Assembly: GCA_002633005.1 (NCBI GenBank)
Contig: NMRA01000474.1
Coordinates: 248,001 to 312,000, forward strand
Direction of reading: 5' to 3'
Length of the DNA stretch: 64,000 nucleotides
DNA from: Phoronis australis
Lineage: Eukaryota > Animalia > Phoronida
The notes below the pieces were generated by a model. That model made no database searches, was not told where the DNA came from, and saw only the letters and a list, made by a program, of their open reading frames with translations. Below, piece by piece: positions 1 through 12,600 of this stretch (positions are counted from its first letter, which is position 1; each line of letters begins with the position of its first letter). The position numbers were made by a program, and so were the translations under genes.

Positions 1-10
1 ATTAGCATAA

Positions 11-150
11 GTTATGCTTCGTTGTTACCATGGCTTCTGATAAAAGTTATCGCAAAATTTCAGTATGATATCACCTGGCAAAAATAATTTGTTATGCTTT
101 GTTGTTAGCATGTTTTCTGATAAAACTTGTCGCAAAATTTGGCATGGCGA
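11..150. repeat. Degenerate ~80-bp tandem duplication
   Basis: gttatgctt(c/t)gttgtta..atg..ttctgataaaa..t.tcgcaaaattt occurs at about 11 and about 91. Confidence 0.6.
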
Positions 151-1616
151 AATCTCCCCAAATTGGACAAAATAATTCTAATGTACAATTCCTCCGAAAG
201 ACTTCTGACATTGGGGATGCCAAAAACCTATTAAAACATTGTCTGATGTTACCTATGGTAAAGAACTTCAAATAAATAGAGCATTTAATTTGTGTTACAT
301 ATCTTTCTCGCGAAAATTTCAATTATTTGTCCTTTATATTGCATTCTACTCTGGCAAGATTTTGTCGCAAGGGTTTTAACATTTACATCAATGCAGTACA
401 AACACAAATGGCAATTTTAGCGAATTTTTTTGGCCTGGATTTACAGATATTCACAATCAAGGCCTTGGATATCTCATAAATGTTTTTACTACTAAACAAA
501 TAAATCTAGTTTAAAACAGACTTCTCAGTACGTGACTGGATCTAGAGATGCCCCCTGCTGGATCAAACTAAACTATTTGGTTTTCTGAGTCGTACCTTGT
601 GCGTTTAAATTGCCTCTCCTGTTCTCAACAATATACAATACTTTCTTTGCCAGCAAATTTTAAAGCGGCTGAGAACTCTTGTAGTCAAAAATGTGGACTT
701 TTGATTCCAAACACTAAGAGTTATGAAAGTAGTCTTGAATTGTTCCTTTGTCAATTTTGAGGTGATTTTAGGGCCCCTTTCATGAAAAGTGACACAAGAC
801 TAGAAACAGAAATTCACAAGACCTGAGTAAAGGCACAGCCAAGTCAGTGCACCAAAGTCAAGGTCAGCGCCAGAGATGCATAATGGATGCACAATTTTAA
901 TACAATCTCCTAACACTCATTCCTAGCACTAATGACAAAACAAACCCAAATGCCTTTGCACTAAAGAAAACAATAAAAACTAGATACTCATCCATCAGAA
1001 CTCCGATGCTATTCACAGACTTAAAGATGCAACAACTATGTACCCATCTTCAGAGTGGCCTATGAACAAACTCCATCTAGTGTTTGGTCAATGAATCAAC
1101 TGTTGGCCCATAAAATGGCAAGCCCAATCAATCCATCTTATCGAGCTTGGTCACAAGAAATGTCCTTGCCAAGCCCAGAAATTTCTTTTGATAAGAAACA
1201 AGTTAATACCAATATAAATAATGCTTCCAAGTCAAAATCAAAGTAACATTACTTTTTGAAAGACGGCAGGCACATAGCATCTTAAAGTAACCCTGAACGT
1301 AATTTATTTAAAGCTGCATTTTACCCTGTCTAATCGGCTAAAAACAAAAATCGCCCTCAGTCATTTACATTCACATTCTTGGCTATGACAGGATTCTATT
1401 CCCGTTGCCAACAGTACATCAAAACCATCAGTGCCTCAAGAAAAAGCTTCAACATTTATTGGAGTTGGCCGACCCTGGGTATTTGAAAATGTCGCATGTT
1501 CGCACCACCTGACTTGTGTTGCCTGGCACACTTGACACTAATTGAAGATTAGATGAACATGGTCACATTTTTAAGGTAACAACACTGATGGCTATAAAAA
1601 CCGTCACAGTGCAGCT

Positions 1617-4600
1617 TTAAAGCATTTTCCTTCCATTAATAGTTTTGAACCTGTTTGACCCAATTTGGTCAAACATCAGCAGTCCTGATGCTCTTTGGAC
1701 TGACTCCAAGGGCACCAGGAACCTGTTGATGTCAATGCCTTCTGGTAACTTTTCATTGGGCAAAACGTACGAGAGCAGATGAAGTTCGTGACTACTCGAC
1801 TCGCAGACAACAACTTTGAAGAAATGAGTCGGCACGGCAACTTGGTTTCGCCCAATCACCTGATAAGTTACAAATAGCTTTCCATTTGAGGGATCTCGCC
1901 TGTGAAGATAAAACAACACATGAGGTATGAATGGCAGGAACCTACTTTTCATGTAAATGTAAACAGGTGAGAGTAAACCCCACAGGCTACAGCATTTTAA
2001 GAAAAGCTGACAAACTCCCTGGGGTGATATAGATTATATTATGTTGTTTTTGTGGCATAACTAATAATTTTCAAAAAACAATGAAGGCATGAGTGACATG
2101 GCTTAAAATAACCAAGGAAACAATTCTCTTAAATAGAAGCATGCAAAAAGTCATATACTACAACTGCAAGCTTTCAAATATCCGAAACTATGGAAAACCG
2201 TGCATTACCAAAATTGAACTCTCCAGTTACCTGGGTAAATACAGTGGCCCTGTGCACACATAAACATGGGTGAAACTCTTCGTCAGACCTCTGATATATT
2301 TCTCCAGTTCGTTCCATGCATGCCGGTTGAAACCTTTGCCTACCTGGAAAATAATATAACACATGGCAGTTTTTCGCCTATTTGACACAAAACAAGATGG
2401 ACAAGAGAAAATTTTTATTTTGTCAAATTTCTCTGCAAAAACAAACATCAAACAAGTTTTGATGGTGTATGGTAAAATCTCCTCAAACATGACTTATAAG
2501 TCACCTTTACAAATTACACAGGCATTTATCCCTCTCACCTGCAGACACAGCATTTAATACCAATAGACTTTGTGTTTTCAGTGCAATATACCTAATCTGA
2601 TGGAAATAATTACACTAGCACTACTTTCTAACAAAGATTTACTCGCAAATAACACGAACATGTCCTTATGAATACGCTTGACTAGCAACTTGGGTGAGGT
2701 AGAGATGTCTACCTAGCCTAGTCTTGGTGTAGCAAGATCTGCAAACGCTATTCTCATGGCACAATCATTGGAGCTAAGCTCAGAAAGCTATAGAAAGCAT
2801 TATATCTCATACGTTATACAGTAAAGAACAAAGTGTCCAATTCTTTGTAGGTTACAATGACAACAATTGACTAACAAAGGCATGTACACCCCAGAATGTA
2901 GATTTGAGAGATATGAGTTTACATTTGTGAGATAAGAGTTATCACCTTCTTTGCAAGGTGGCAGTTGATTGGATACATGATGTACACCTGAGTAGTATCA
3001 TCTTTTGGCTGCCTGAAATACAACCGAAATAAAGAGATTCCACAAATCTTTTATCTGCATCTACCAGAGGTATCAATTTATATACCCACTTTCCCATAAT
3101 GCTTTGCATATCTATGGCATCTCATTCAATTTCATTCATGAGTTACCAGAAGCTGTTCACTCAAATAACATTCAGATCATAGTATACTAAAACCACTTGC
3201 ACGAGAGGTATCATACTGTCTGCAGTATAGTGTCAACGACTGTCAATAGGAGCGCTAAAATACTGGTATTCCGGTTGTCAACAGGGAGCCTAGGGGACAC
3301 GACTGTTTGTTAAATTAATCCTGTTAATTTTTTCCTGAAATATTTCTGGGATTTGAAAATATGTGGGACGATAAATGTTATACTTCTGCACTACAGCAAT
3401 GCGACAGCAAACAAGCAGGGAGTCCGAACCCCGGTCCCTCCGCTGACTCTGCACCACCATGACACTGACTTATAGCCTTGCAGTACCTGAGGAGCAATAT
3501 TGCTCAGAAAGAATGTCTGACCCTGTGCCCTGTTTGAAGCTCTGTGATTGGCTGCAGCAGCAAGGTGACCCCTGTCATATCCACTTCCTGTAAAAAGAAA
3601 AAAATGTGTGAAACTAGAAGACCAGAGCTGTGTTCCATACCTAAGACACCAGATTGTACTTGGAAACAAACCTTTTTTTTGCCTAACTAATGTAAGCATT
3701 GTCAAGTGAATTCAATCCCATGCCACACTCTAACCTCACTGACTACGTACTTCAACAGCGGCCATATTGCTATGTTACACTAGTGAGGTCTTGCGAACTG
3801 GCGAAGCACTCGCCTTTCACTCACGTAATTTAGCAGAGTTTTGCTAGGTCTCCCTTTTCTCACAAGAAACCTAGTCTGTGGAATGCTACAGGGAGTGACC
3901 ACACATACTTTTGACTCCATGTGCCTGAGCCCTATATTAACAATGATCCATTTCTTACTAGTGTTAAACCGTTGCGTGGTTGGCCTCTAACATGTAAGTG
4001 ATTCTGTGGTGTATATTTCACAGCAAGCAAAGAAGGTGAAAGTTCTAAAACACTAATTTTGCAAAGTTATGTGAAGAAATATTAAAGCTCACACATATCC
4101 TATAGACTTGAAACCTTTCATTGGTGCTGTAAAAATTCCACAAAATTTCCCAAGTTTAGAACAATAACTACAATAAGGATCAAAGTCTAATTACTTTGGT
4201 TAAGTCAAACAAACTTTTCTTCACCTACCAAATCTGTTAGATTAGTTTATAATTTCTTACACGTCCACTAAACAACTTTGAACATTTTTAGCACAATAGA
4301 ATATTACACAAAATCCTTTGAATATAAAAAGGCAATTTTAATAGTAATCCCTTCCATTCACACATGAAGAAGTCTTACCATACTTGGTTGAATAGCGACC
4401 CTATTTTATAGCACCTCACCCTAAAATTCTTCGATTTGAGACAAAAATTATTGCTAAATTGACATCAAGGCCTCACTTCCCTGCTACTACTGGGCAAAAA
4501 GTGTATCATAAACGTTGTTTTGCGGCAACAGCAAGTTAATTTTTGAAAACTCATGATTGAAATGCAGCGACCCCTAGAGGTCAGAGTGAGAGAACATGAG

Positions 4601-5127
4601 CCTAAAGGCTTCAGTTACACAAAGAGCAAAACATATTCATAATATTGACCTTTGAAGTCTTCATTAGATGAGCGAAAGTAAGGATGTATGGCTTGATCCT
4701 CTTCAAAATCAAACTGGCTACGATCATTGTTCTTGGTGTATTTCACGCTATCTGCTGTTAGACGTTCGAATACCCAATGAGGAACACGCTTTCTTCTGTC
4801 GTACGCCAGGACATGGCCGTCATAAGACAGCAGATTGTCAAGACTCGGGAAGCCGTATTTCATGATTTCGGCAGTATGGTTTACTGGCTCAGAAGATTTG
4901 TAGGTGTCTAATTCCATAGACTCAATATTCCGATTGTGTGAAATGACAGAGGCAGCGAACACAGTTGTTGAATTTTGAACAAAGTGAAAAAGATTGTTCA
5001 GCAAGGAGTTGTCACGTAAGACCAGTGTTTCTTGATCATTCCTGAACTGTTCATACTGGCGGCCGATCCAAGCGCTGGCCCCAGCAGACGTTGCACACAT
5101 AAGTGTTGCTGAAATCCGACGTAGCAT
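1617..5127 (-). CDS. ENDOG: Mitochondrial endonuclease G (DNA/RNA non-specific nuclease), 4 coding exons, about 324 aa
   Basis: Exons 5127-4650, 3587-3487, 2343-2231 and 1899-1617 join with GT-AG boundaries and phases 1,0,2, giving 975 nt. The protein has KYGFP, YDRRKRVPHWVFE, catalytic SGYDRGHLAAAANH, TFFLSNIAPQVGKGFNRHAWNELE, VYVCTGPLYLP and VAVPTHFFKV, plus an Arg-containing N-terminus resembling a mitochondrial presequence. Confidence 0.96.
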
Positions 5128-6670
5128 TTTGCTTTCTGGTTGTTAGGAGGAACTTCAACGAAGAGAGAGCGTATTTACTTTTCACACATATGTAGAAGCC
5201 TGGAACGTGTAAAGAGGAACACAGAGTTAAGGCAGTATAATTAATAGCATGTGGCAAACATATGAACCAAAAGCATTTTGTGGATTGTTTATTCAACCAC
5301 AAAATGTAAATTCGAGAGGTAATGACTAGCAAAACTTATTTAAAATGGCTATAAATCCGCCTTCTATCACATCAAACAACATCACCGCTATGAAATTAGT
5401 CTAAAAATGTTGATAATCAAATTTGGGGCTGGATTACCAGTGGTGGACAATCAAGTTGTTATTGCTTAAGGCCAGACATGTACTACAAATCACCTTTAAT
5501 ACCAAACCATATTGTCATTCTATACACCAAGCACAGTCTCAAAGCGAAGTGCCAGACCTTTGGAAAACCAGAAATCTGAGTTATATGGAACAAAGTGAGA
5601 CCAATTTTATAGGAGCACTGATGAGGAAAAAATAAGACGCCGGAAGGCTTGTTAAAATACTAATAACCTCTTAATTCATTGGTATCCACAAAGTTTGAGG
5701 AAAATGCCAGTATTCAAAATTTGAGTACATTTTTGTAACAATTGCTATACACACTCTGGACAGAAAGTAATAGTTCAAAGTACATGAGTGTCCTTAGACT
5801 CAGGACCACAACATTGATTAGCTTATTCCCCACCATGCCCAGCCGGCAGAACACAAAAATTAAGCTAGCATAAAGTGTACGGTTAAAAGATGCCTTGTAG
5901 TTGTGCTTCTTTAAGTACCCAGTGCTTCAAAGCGCCATCTCCCCGTCACCAAAAATTTATTTAAACCACTTACCATTAAAAGGCAATTAGCTTACTCTAG
6001 TACTTCGCACTTTAAGTTATATCCCATTTTGAAATAGGTTAGCGAGCAACTTCTACTCATAAATAACGTACCCGGCGTTATTCGGTGACTGTCTAATCTC
6101 CAAATTTTAGACTGATATGTCTGATAAGTTCCTGCAATAACAGTAACATAAAATTCGATCTGAAAGTTAGAAAACTGACCAAGCAGGCAAGCTGTCCTCT
6201 TTGTGTTAGTCAATGAAGGGTAGGCCTAATTGAATGATGTTGTCAGAGTTCAGAACACAAAATGAAACGTACTCGAAACGACATAAATTGTTATTAAAAG
6301 CTTCCGTACGCGCTGAAACTATGAATTCCCCAAAAAACATCGAGTCACCACTCAATATTCCCCAATGGTATTTTGAGCAATCATCCGGCTCGTCTGAGCA
6401 TGCTCTTATTTCACACACTTCCGCCAGAGGACACTGCTGTTGTTTCGTTTCTTGGAATATTTGAAAGGGTTTCTCTTTGAAAATATGAGTCAACACTGCA
6501 GGCTGACCTCAAGGACCAACCAATCAACCAAAAATGAGGTAAGGCTGTAAAATTATTTCGATAGCTTGCGCACTACTGCCAGGAAACGGGTGAAACGAGG
6601 GGAAATTCTGACTAGAAAAAGAAAGAGGAGATTCTCTTGCCTCGTTTTCAATCTAGAATTGTCAGCAAAT
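5128..6670. promoter_or_regulatory. Intergenic region between divergent ENDOG and GTF2B start codons; probable bidirectional promoter
   Basis: The two ATGs are about 1.5 kb apart and face away from each other. A candidate minus-strand acceptor (CCTAACAACCAG) lies 8 nt upstream of the ENDOG ATG, and a candidate donor (GAG|GTCAGC) lies near 6507. Confidence 0.5.
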
Positions 6671-9600
6671 ATGGCGTCCACCAGCAGCGATAACCGGTGA
6701 GAGTGTTGTCTTTTAATCATGGTGCAAGTTTATGTGTTCAGAAACATTTTGGTGTTGTTTTTGTAGCTTTAGCATGCAAAGTGTCTGTTTATTACTTTAA
6801 GACCGTTGAAGCTTTAGACTAGAATAGCCCCCAGAACATTCGACTTCGTCAGCAAGCTATCTCATCTGACATCGTCATCAGCTGCCTTTCTGAACTGTTG
6901 AAGTAACGTCGGTGCCTCCATTTGGCCATTTTGGGGCATCTGCTTTCTGTCTGCCTTATCTGTAAACGACCTAGCTATGTTGAAGGATCTCTGAAGTGAC
7001 GTCTACTGTGTATATTTATCTTTTTTAAACCTGTTATAGTTGTTCTCGTTTTTGTTGATCTTATACACTAATACAGTAACATAATAATACTCTGAACTGG
7101 AGTATGGACATTTGAACCAAGAAGAATAGTGACGCAGCTGATTTGTGAATTATTTTGGAAGTTATATTCACAGGTAGCCTCAGCAGGCGTCTTTATACAG
7201 TGACCACCCTCTCTAGTTGGCCCCAACTTACTAGAGACGGTGAAACTCCTAGGCTGAAGCTGCGTATGCTGGAAGATTTTCGGCAAATTATGCCTTACAC
7301 TGATTAAAACATCAAAGTGTCATTGTTATAACTACCTTTTGTGCATTGAGGGTAACCTTTAAGGAGGCCACCGATGTCTAATTCCTTCCAACTCGAACAT
7401 ATACTCCCATAAACTTTTTCTTTGCTCAGTTGCCCAAATCAGGAACTGGCCAATTTTACCCTGCACGCACACCTATTTTTACCGTGCTTGCCAGGAGCGC
7501 ACGCAATGTTAAAAATGGCCAGTTTGGGCAACTAAATGAAGGACTGCTTGAAGAAAAAGTTCAATTACGGGAGTATTTGTTCAAGTTGAAAGATATCGAC
7601 GGCCTTCTAAGGTGTCCCTCTATGTCCAAAAGGTACTCATAACAACGTGACTTTGATGTTTTAATCAGTGTGAGGCATAATTTGCCAAAATGCCTCTGGC
7701 GTATGAAGCTAGCTGCTATTCTAGTTGGAGTTTCACCGTTTCTACTGCGGCCAGCTAGAGACGGTGGTCACTGTCTATCACAGCTACAAGCATCCTCAGC
7801 TTCTGCCAATACACTGTACTTAGTACTATATATAGTGTATTAGCGATGGCCAGAAGTCGAGGATGTCTGTGGTTGTAGAGAGCTGTAGCCAAGAGGCTCA
7901 GCTCTAATGAAATTCTACACTTTCAATGTATGGACTTCCAATCATGTTAGAGGGTTGGTTTACCGACTATGAAAGTTGAAATTGGGAAAATTTTGAATGA
8001 TTATAAACAAGGACAGTTGAAGATTACCAGATTAAGGAGTTAGTGCTAGCTCATTGTCATGAGAGTTAACAACACCAGCATTGCAGGAAGTGGTGCTGTT
8101 TAGATTGAAAAATTAAATGTTGTTTTTGTTTATAAGATTGCCAATAGTCAAAAAAAGACATTAAAAGTTGGTCAAAAATTATTATTTTATTAACTTTTGA
8201 ATACCTCATGGGTTAACACAACTAGTACGACCATTAAAGCTGTGTGTTGAAATCTCCTTCCAGAATGGTAGTGAGGCGGCCTGCTATGGTGAGTTGCCCA
8301 AGTCATCCGGACGCCAACCTGATTGAAGACTATCACGCCGGCGACCTCATTTGTCCAGAATGCGGACTAGTTGTTGGTGATAGGTGATGTCTTTTTGTTA
8401 TGAGATCAGTTTTCAGGAGAAGTTAATTAATTTTGTTGGAATTCCTCTTAGTTACGTAGTCAAAGTAAGGAATCTAAACAAAAAGTTGTAGCACTAAATT
8501 ATTTTGAAAATGAACCTTTGAGCTTTTCATGTAAAGTAGAGGTTTTGGTTTTTGACAGTCGAGATGTCGAGCTCAAAGACCTTAAAATATCGCAGACACT
8601 CTTTTGTAGCTAATAGACCAAACAGAATTTACTACCATGTTAGGAAAAAATATGATCCGTGGAAGTTACAGCTGTCTCCATGGAAAATTGTGATTTTTTC
8701 GAAAAAACATGATCGTTCGATAGGAATCGTTCCAGCACCACTTTTGTTCATGTTTCCCCGATTATCAAGGATCAAAAAATATAGGGTTTTACGTACTGAT
8801 AATCACTATTTCAAAAGATATTAAACAAAACGTGGCCCTTGGTAATGAAGATAGTGACCTTCATAGAATTATATTTTATTTGCAGGGTGATTGACGTAGG
8901 CTCAGAATGGAGAACATTCAGTAATGACAAGAATACCAAAGATGCATCACGTGTCGGTGGTCCGGAGGTGAGATCATCTTGTGCTTTGTGTTCATCAAAA
9001 CTTAATCTGATGTTTGTTAGTGAGGGAACATGTATCCCAGGCAACAAACACAGTGTGTTTTGTCAAACAATCCAATGTTTGGTTTAGACCACTTGCCATA
9101 AAGAACTGTCATTACCTAACTCTGATAACAAGTGGTTTCTGGGTTTCACCAGGACTTGGAATTTTCTTCTTTTAAGAGGATTTCCTCTTTTTTAGTTTCG
9201 ATTTCCTCTTTGATATTTGATTTCCAGTTTCTGCTTTTTTGTCCCTTTTATCATTGTTTTGACATTATTCACGCAAAAACATTTATTTCAGTTAAATTTA
9301 ACAACACAAAAAATATTTCTATCGCACAAGCCTATTTATTTGGAAAATTTTCCACTTCTTTCATCATTAGTCAGTCCAAGCTGCATGTCATACTGCTGAC
9401 TGTTGATTATTCCGTGAGACGATGCTTGGCGCGTAAAATTGTAAAGTCATGTCTTGAGCCAGAACAAAGGTCACTGGCCAGTTCTTTCCAAGTCTAGAAA
9501 TCACATTGCCTTTGACTAAGAAATGATAGACCAATTTCATGATGACCCAAGTCAAATAATAGGTTTTGTAATTAATGGCAGCTCTTTAGCTCTTTTAAAA

Positions 9601-12600
9601 GCCAATCAGTTTACAGATATCGCGTTTGTCTAAAAATAGATAACATATTATGTGCGTATGGGCTATGAAATAAATTTCAATGTACACTGAACTCAAAATT
9701 TAACTTTCAAGCTCACCACTGCATTGTCACGTGACGTTTGTGGCATACCACATGTAATATACTTAGTACACATTTGTTTATATTTCCTTCTAAAACATGT
9801 TGGAATATTTTATTACAAAACAGAGTTACAAGCTTTAACTCTTTTGCCATAATGCTTTTCGCAGATTGCACAACAATGTTCTCCTTCCGTGCATTCATAC
9901 TGGTTGCGGCATGATATATAAAATGTTCTCCTTCCGTGCATTCATACTCGGTGCTGCACGATATCTAAAATGTTCTGCTCCTTGTCTGGAAATCTTGAGC
10001 CATGTTTGAAAAGTTCTGAGTCATGTGTTAACATTTCGCGCCAGGTTTGAAAGCTTGATTTTTTCTGCTTACAAGACAAATGTGGTGCATAGCATTTATT
10101 CTGCTGCTGAAATGATAGTGGGGTGCTTGTCACGTGAAAATAATGCATAACAACTGATTTTGTGAATTAACAGAAAGGGAGGTAGACACAGAAGCGCGAA
10201 GCGCAATTTACACCATTTTCAAAATTTTGCTCAGGACGTACTGTGTTCAAACTCTTTAATTTCGCAACATGATTCGATGCAGATTGATTTGGCTTTGTTT
10301 GGTTTGTTGTAAAGATATATTCGTAACGTGTTCTCATGCTGTGTCTATTGCATGTTTCAGAACACATTACTGGAGGGTGGTGACCTCTCCACAATGATAG
10401 CCAGCGGACCAGGGTTTGAGAACAGAGACGAGGAGGGACGGACTATTTACAAGAACAGGCGGAATGTGAGTCGGAGTTGTACACTATGGCAGCAACTTTT
10501 TGACTTCGAAAGGGAAACCATCTGTTTTTGAGCAAGGGTTGTAATTTTCTTTCTTTTTTCATCATGTTCTTTCATTAATTTGACTTCTTTCTTGCAAAAA
10601 CACGCTTCTTGTAGGTATGTTTTACAAAACAAAAAATACTTCTATCACATAAGTCTATTTATTTGGGGAACCATGTCACCTGGAAAATTATTTTCCTCTT
10701 TTGTGTGATTGGTCATTGCAGGCCCTGTTTGAGGTTACCGTTACCAAGGATTCAAATCCCTGTTGGTCTTTATGGCATTGGGTACTGCTCCCCTGGCCCT
10801 GCTTAGCGATGGAAATGCTTACTTTAACGACCCTGCAAAAAACCCACATCTTGTTGTGCGTGCCTTCTTTTGAGTTGAGCAAGCACATTGACTATGACAG
10901 TCTGTGTTAAGGAAAAAGTCATTGTGTTTGCTAATCAGATCTGAATGCGCTCACAAGCAGATGCGAGCCTATCGCTGGGTCAGTGGTCACTTTATGATTT
11001 TTACAAGGGCAAGGGGAACACTAGTTTATTTCTGAAAGTGTAACCAGGGATAAAAAATATTATCTTTCCTCCACTCCTGGGGTTTCTTGTTTAAATAACA
11101 TTTTTACACCCTTACAATTCATGCACAAAGTTTGCGTCCCACAGTCAAAAGTGCACAGCCTGAGCTTACAAAGAGTGTGTCTTTTATCATCGTACATCCC
11201 AGCCTCGTAAATAGTGTGTCTATTATCAGTGTACAGCCCGGACTCAACTCACCTAGAGTATGTCTATTGTCAACGCACATCCCAGCCTCATAAATACTGT
11301 GTCTGTTACCAGTGCCTGGACTCAAAAAGAGTGTGTCTTTTATCGTTGCACATGTCAGCATCATAAATAGTGTGTCTATTGTGGGTGTGCACCCTGGACT
11401 CATAAAAGGGGTGTCTATTATCAATGAACGTGGCGGGCTTCCAAGTAGTACGAAACAGTTGGATTGTCGTGGCAAATCTTGTTTTGGTTCGATCTTGAAT
11501 TTGTTGAAAGAAATAATTCATGGAACAAGACAAGGCAATACTAACCGTTTGCTGTAACTTCATTTTGTCCAAATACACTGTCTTGTAAATAGCAGAATAG
11601 TGAGATATGTTCTAAAATACTGTTCATGGCTATGTATGTTATATATTTTTGTATGTTAATTACATGGAAAGTGCATGCCAAGGGGCAAATTAATTTCAGA
11701 ATATCGTTCCCCCATAAGAGAGAATAAGGAATTAACAGCAAGGAAAGTTAATAATTTGTCTCAATGATTTGTAATTTGAATTTTCCACTCAGAATAGTTA
11801 TTACTTAGCTGTTAACAGAATCGGCTCTCATGATAGGGAAATCTGTATTTTGCCGGATTATTTTCGTCATGTACTGTAGGTGGCGTACTTTTGTGGCCGC
11901 AGATGAAAGAAAATGTTGTCAGAAATTCAATTTCCTTTTTTAGATCAGCAGCACAGATAGAACTCTATTGAATGCATTCCGGGAGATCACCCAAATGGCT
12001 GACAGACTGAATTTACCAAAAATGATTGCAGTAAGTGTCGACATTTTGAGTGTATGACTTTACGCTGGTAGAAGAAGCAGCCGCTCACGTAATGAAAGTC
12101 ATGTGACTGATAGTGACAGGGGAGTTAACTGTCAAAAGAGATTAGACAGTTGGGAGAATTGACTAACAAGAGAGATTTCACAGTCGAGTAAATTGTCAAG
12201 AGAAATTTGCAATGAATGAATTTTTTGAAAATATACACTCGTACACATGATAGGCTAATATGCTAAATATACAGTCGTACACATGATAGGCTGATATGCA
12301 AAATATACACTCGTACACATGATAGGCTAATGTGCAAAATATACACTAGTACACATGACAGGCTAATATGCAAAATATTGGAAATTGCGCGTGATTGGTT
12401 AGCATTAAGTTTTTGTGTTTCAGTGCTGTTTGTGATTGGCTAGAATAATTGTACTTGACCGGCTCTTGTAATTGTGTGTGCTCTAATTGGATACGCGTAT
12501 AGGGTCTTATAAAATTGCATCACGTGACCTAGTTTTTGTGGGACTGAGGTATATACTGTATTCGTACACTGTGCTAGAGTCGGAATATCACAACCATGTA

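Noticed and set aside
11119-11475. ORF with IDTLF repeats
   Set aside because: Translation of the 39-bp intronic minisatellite, antisense to GTF2B.
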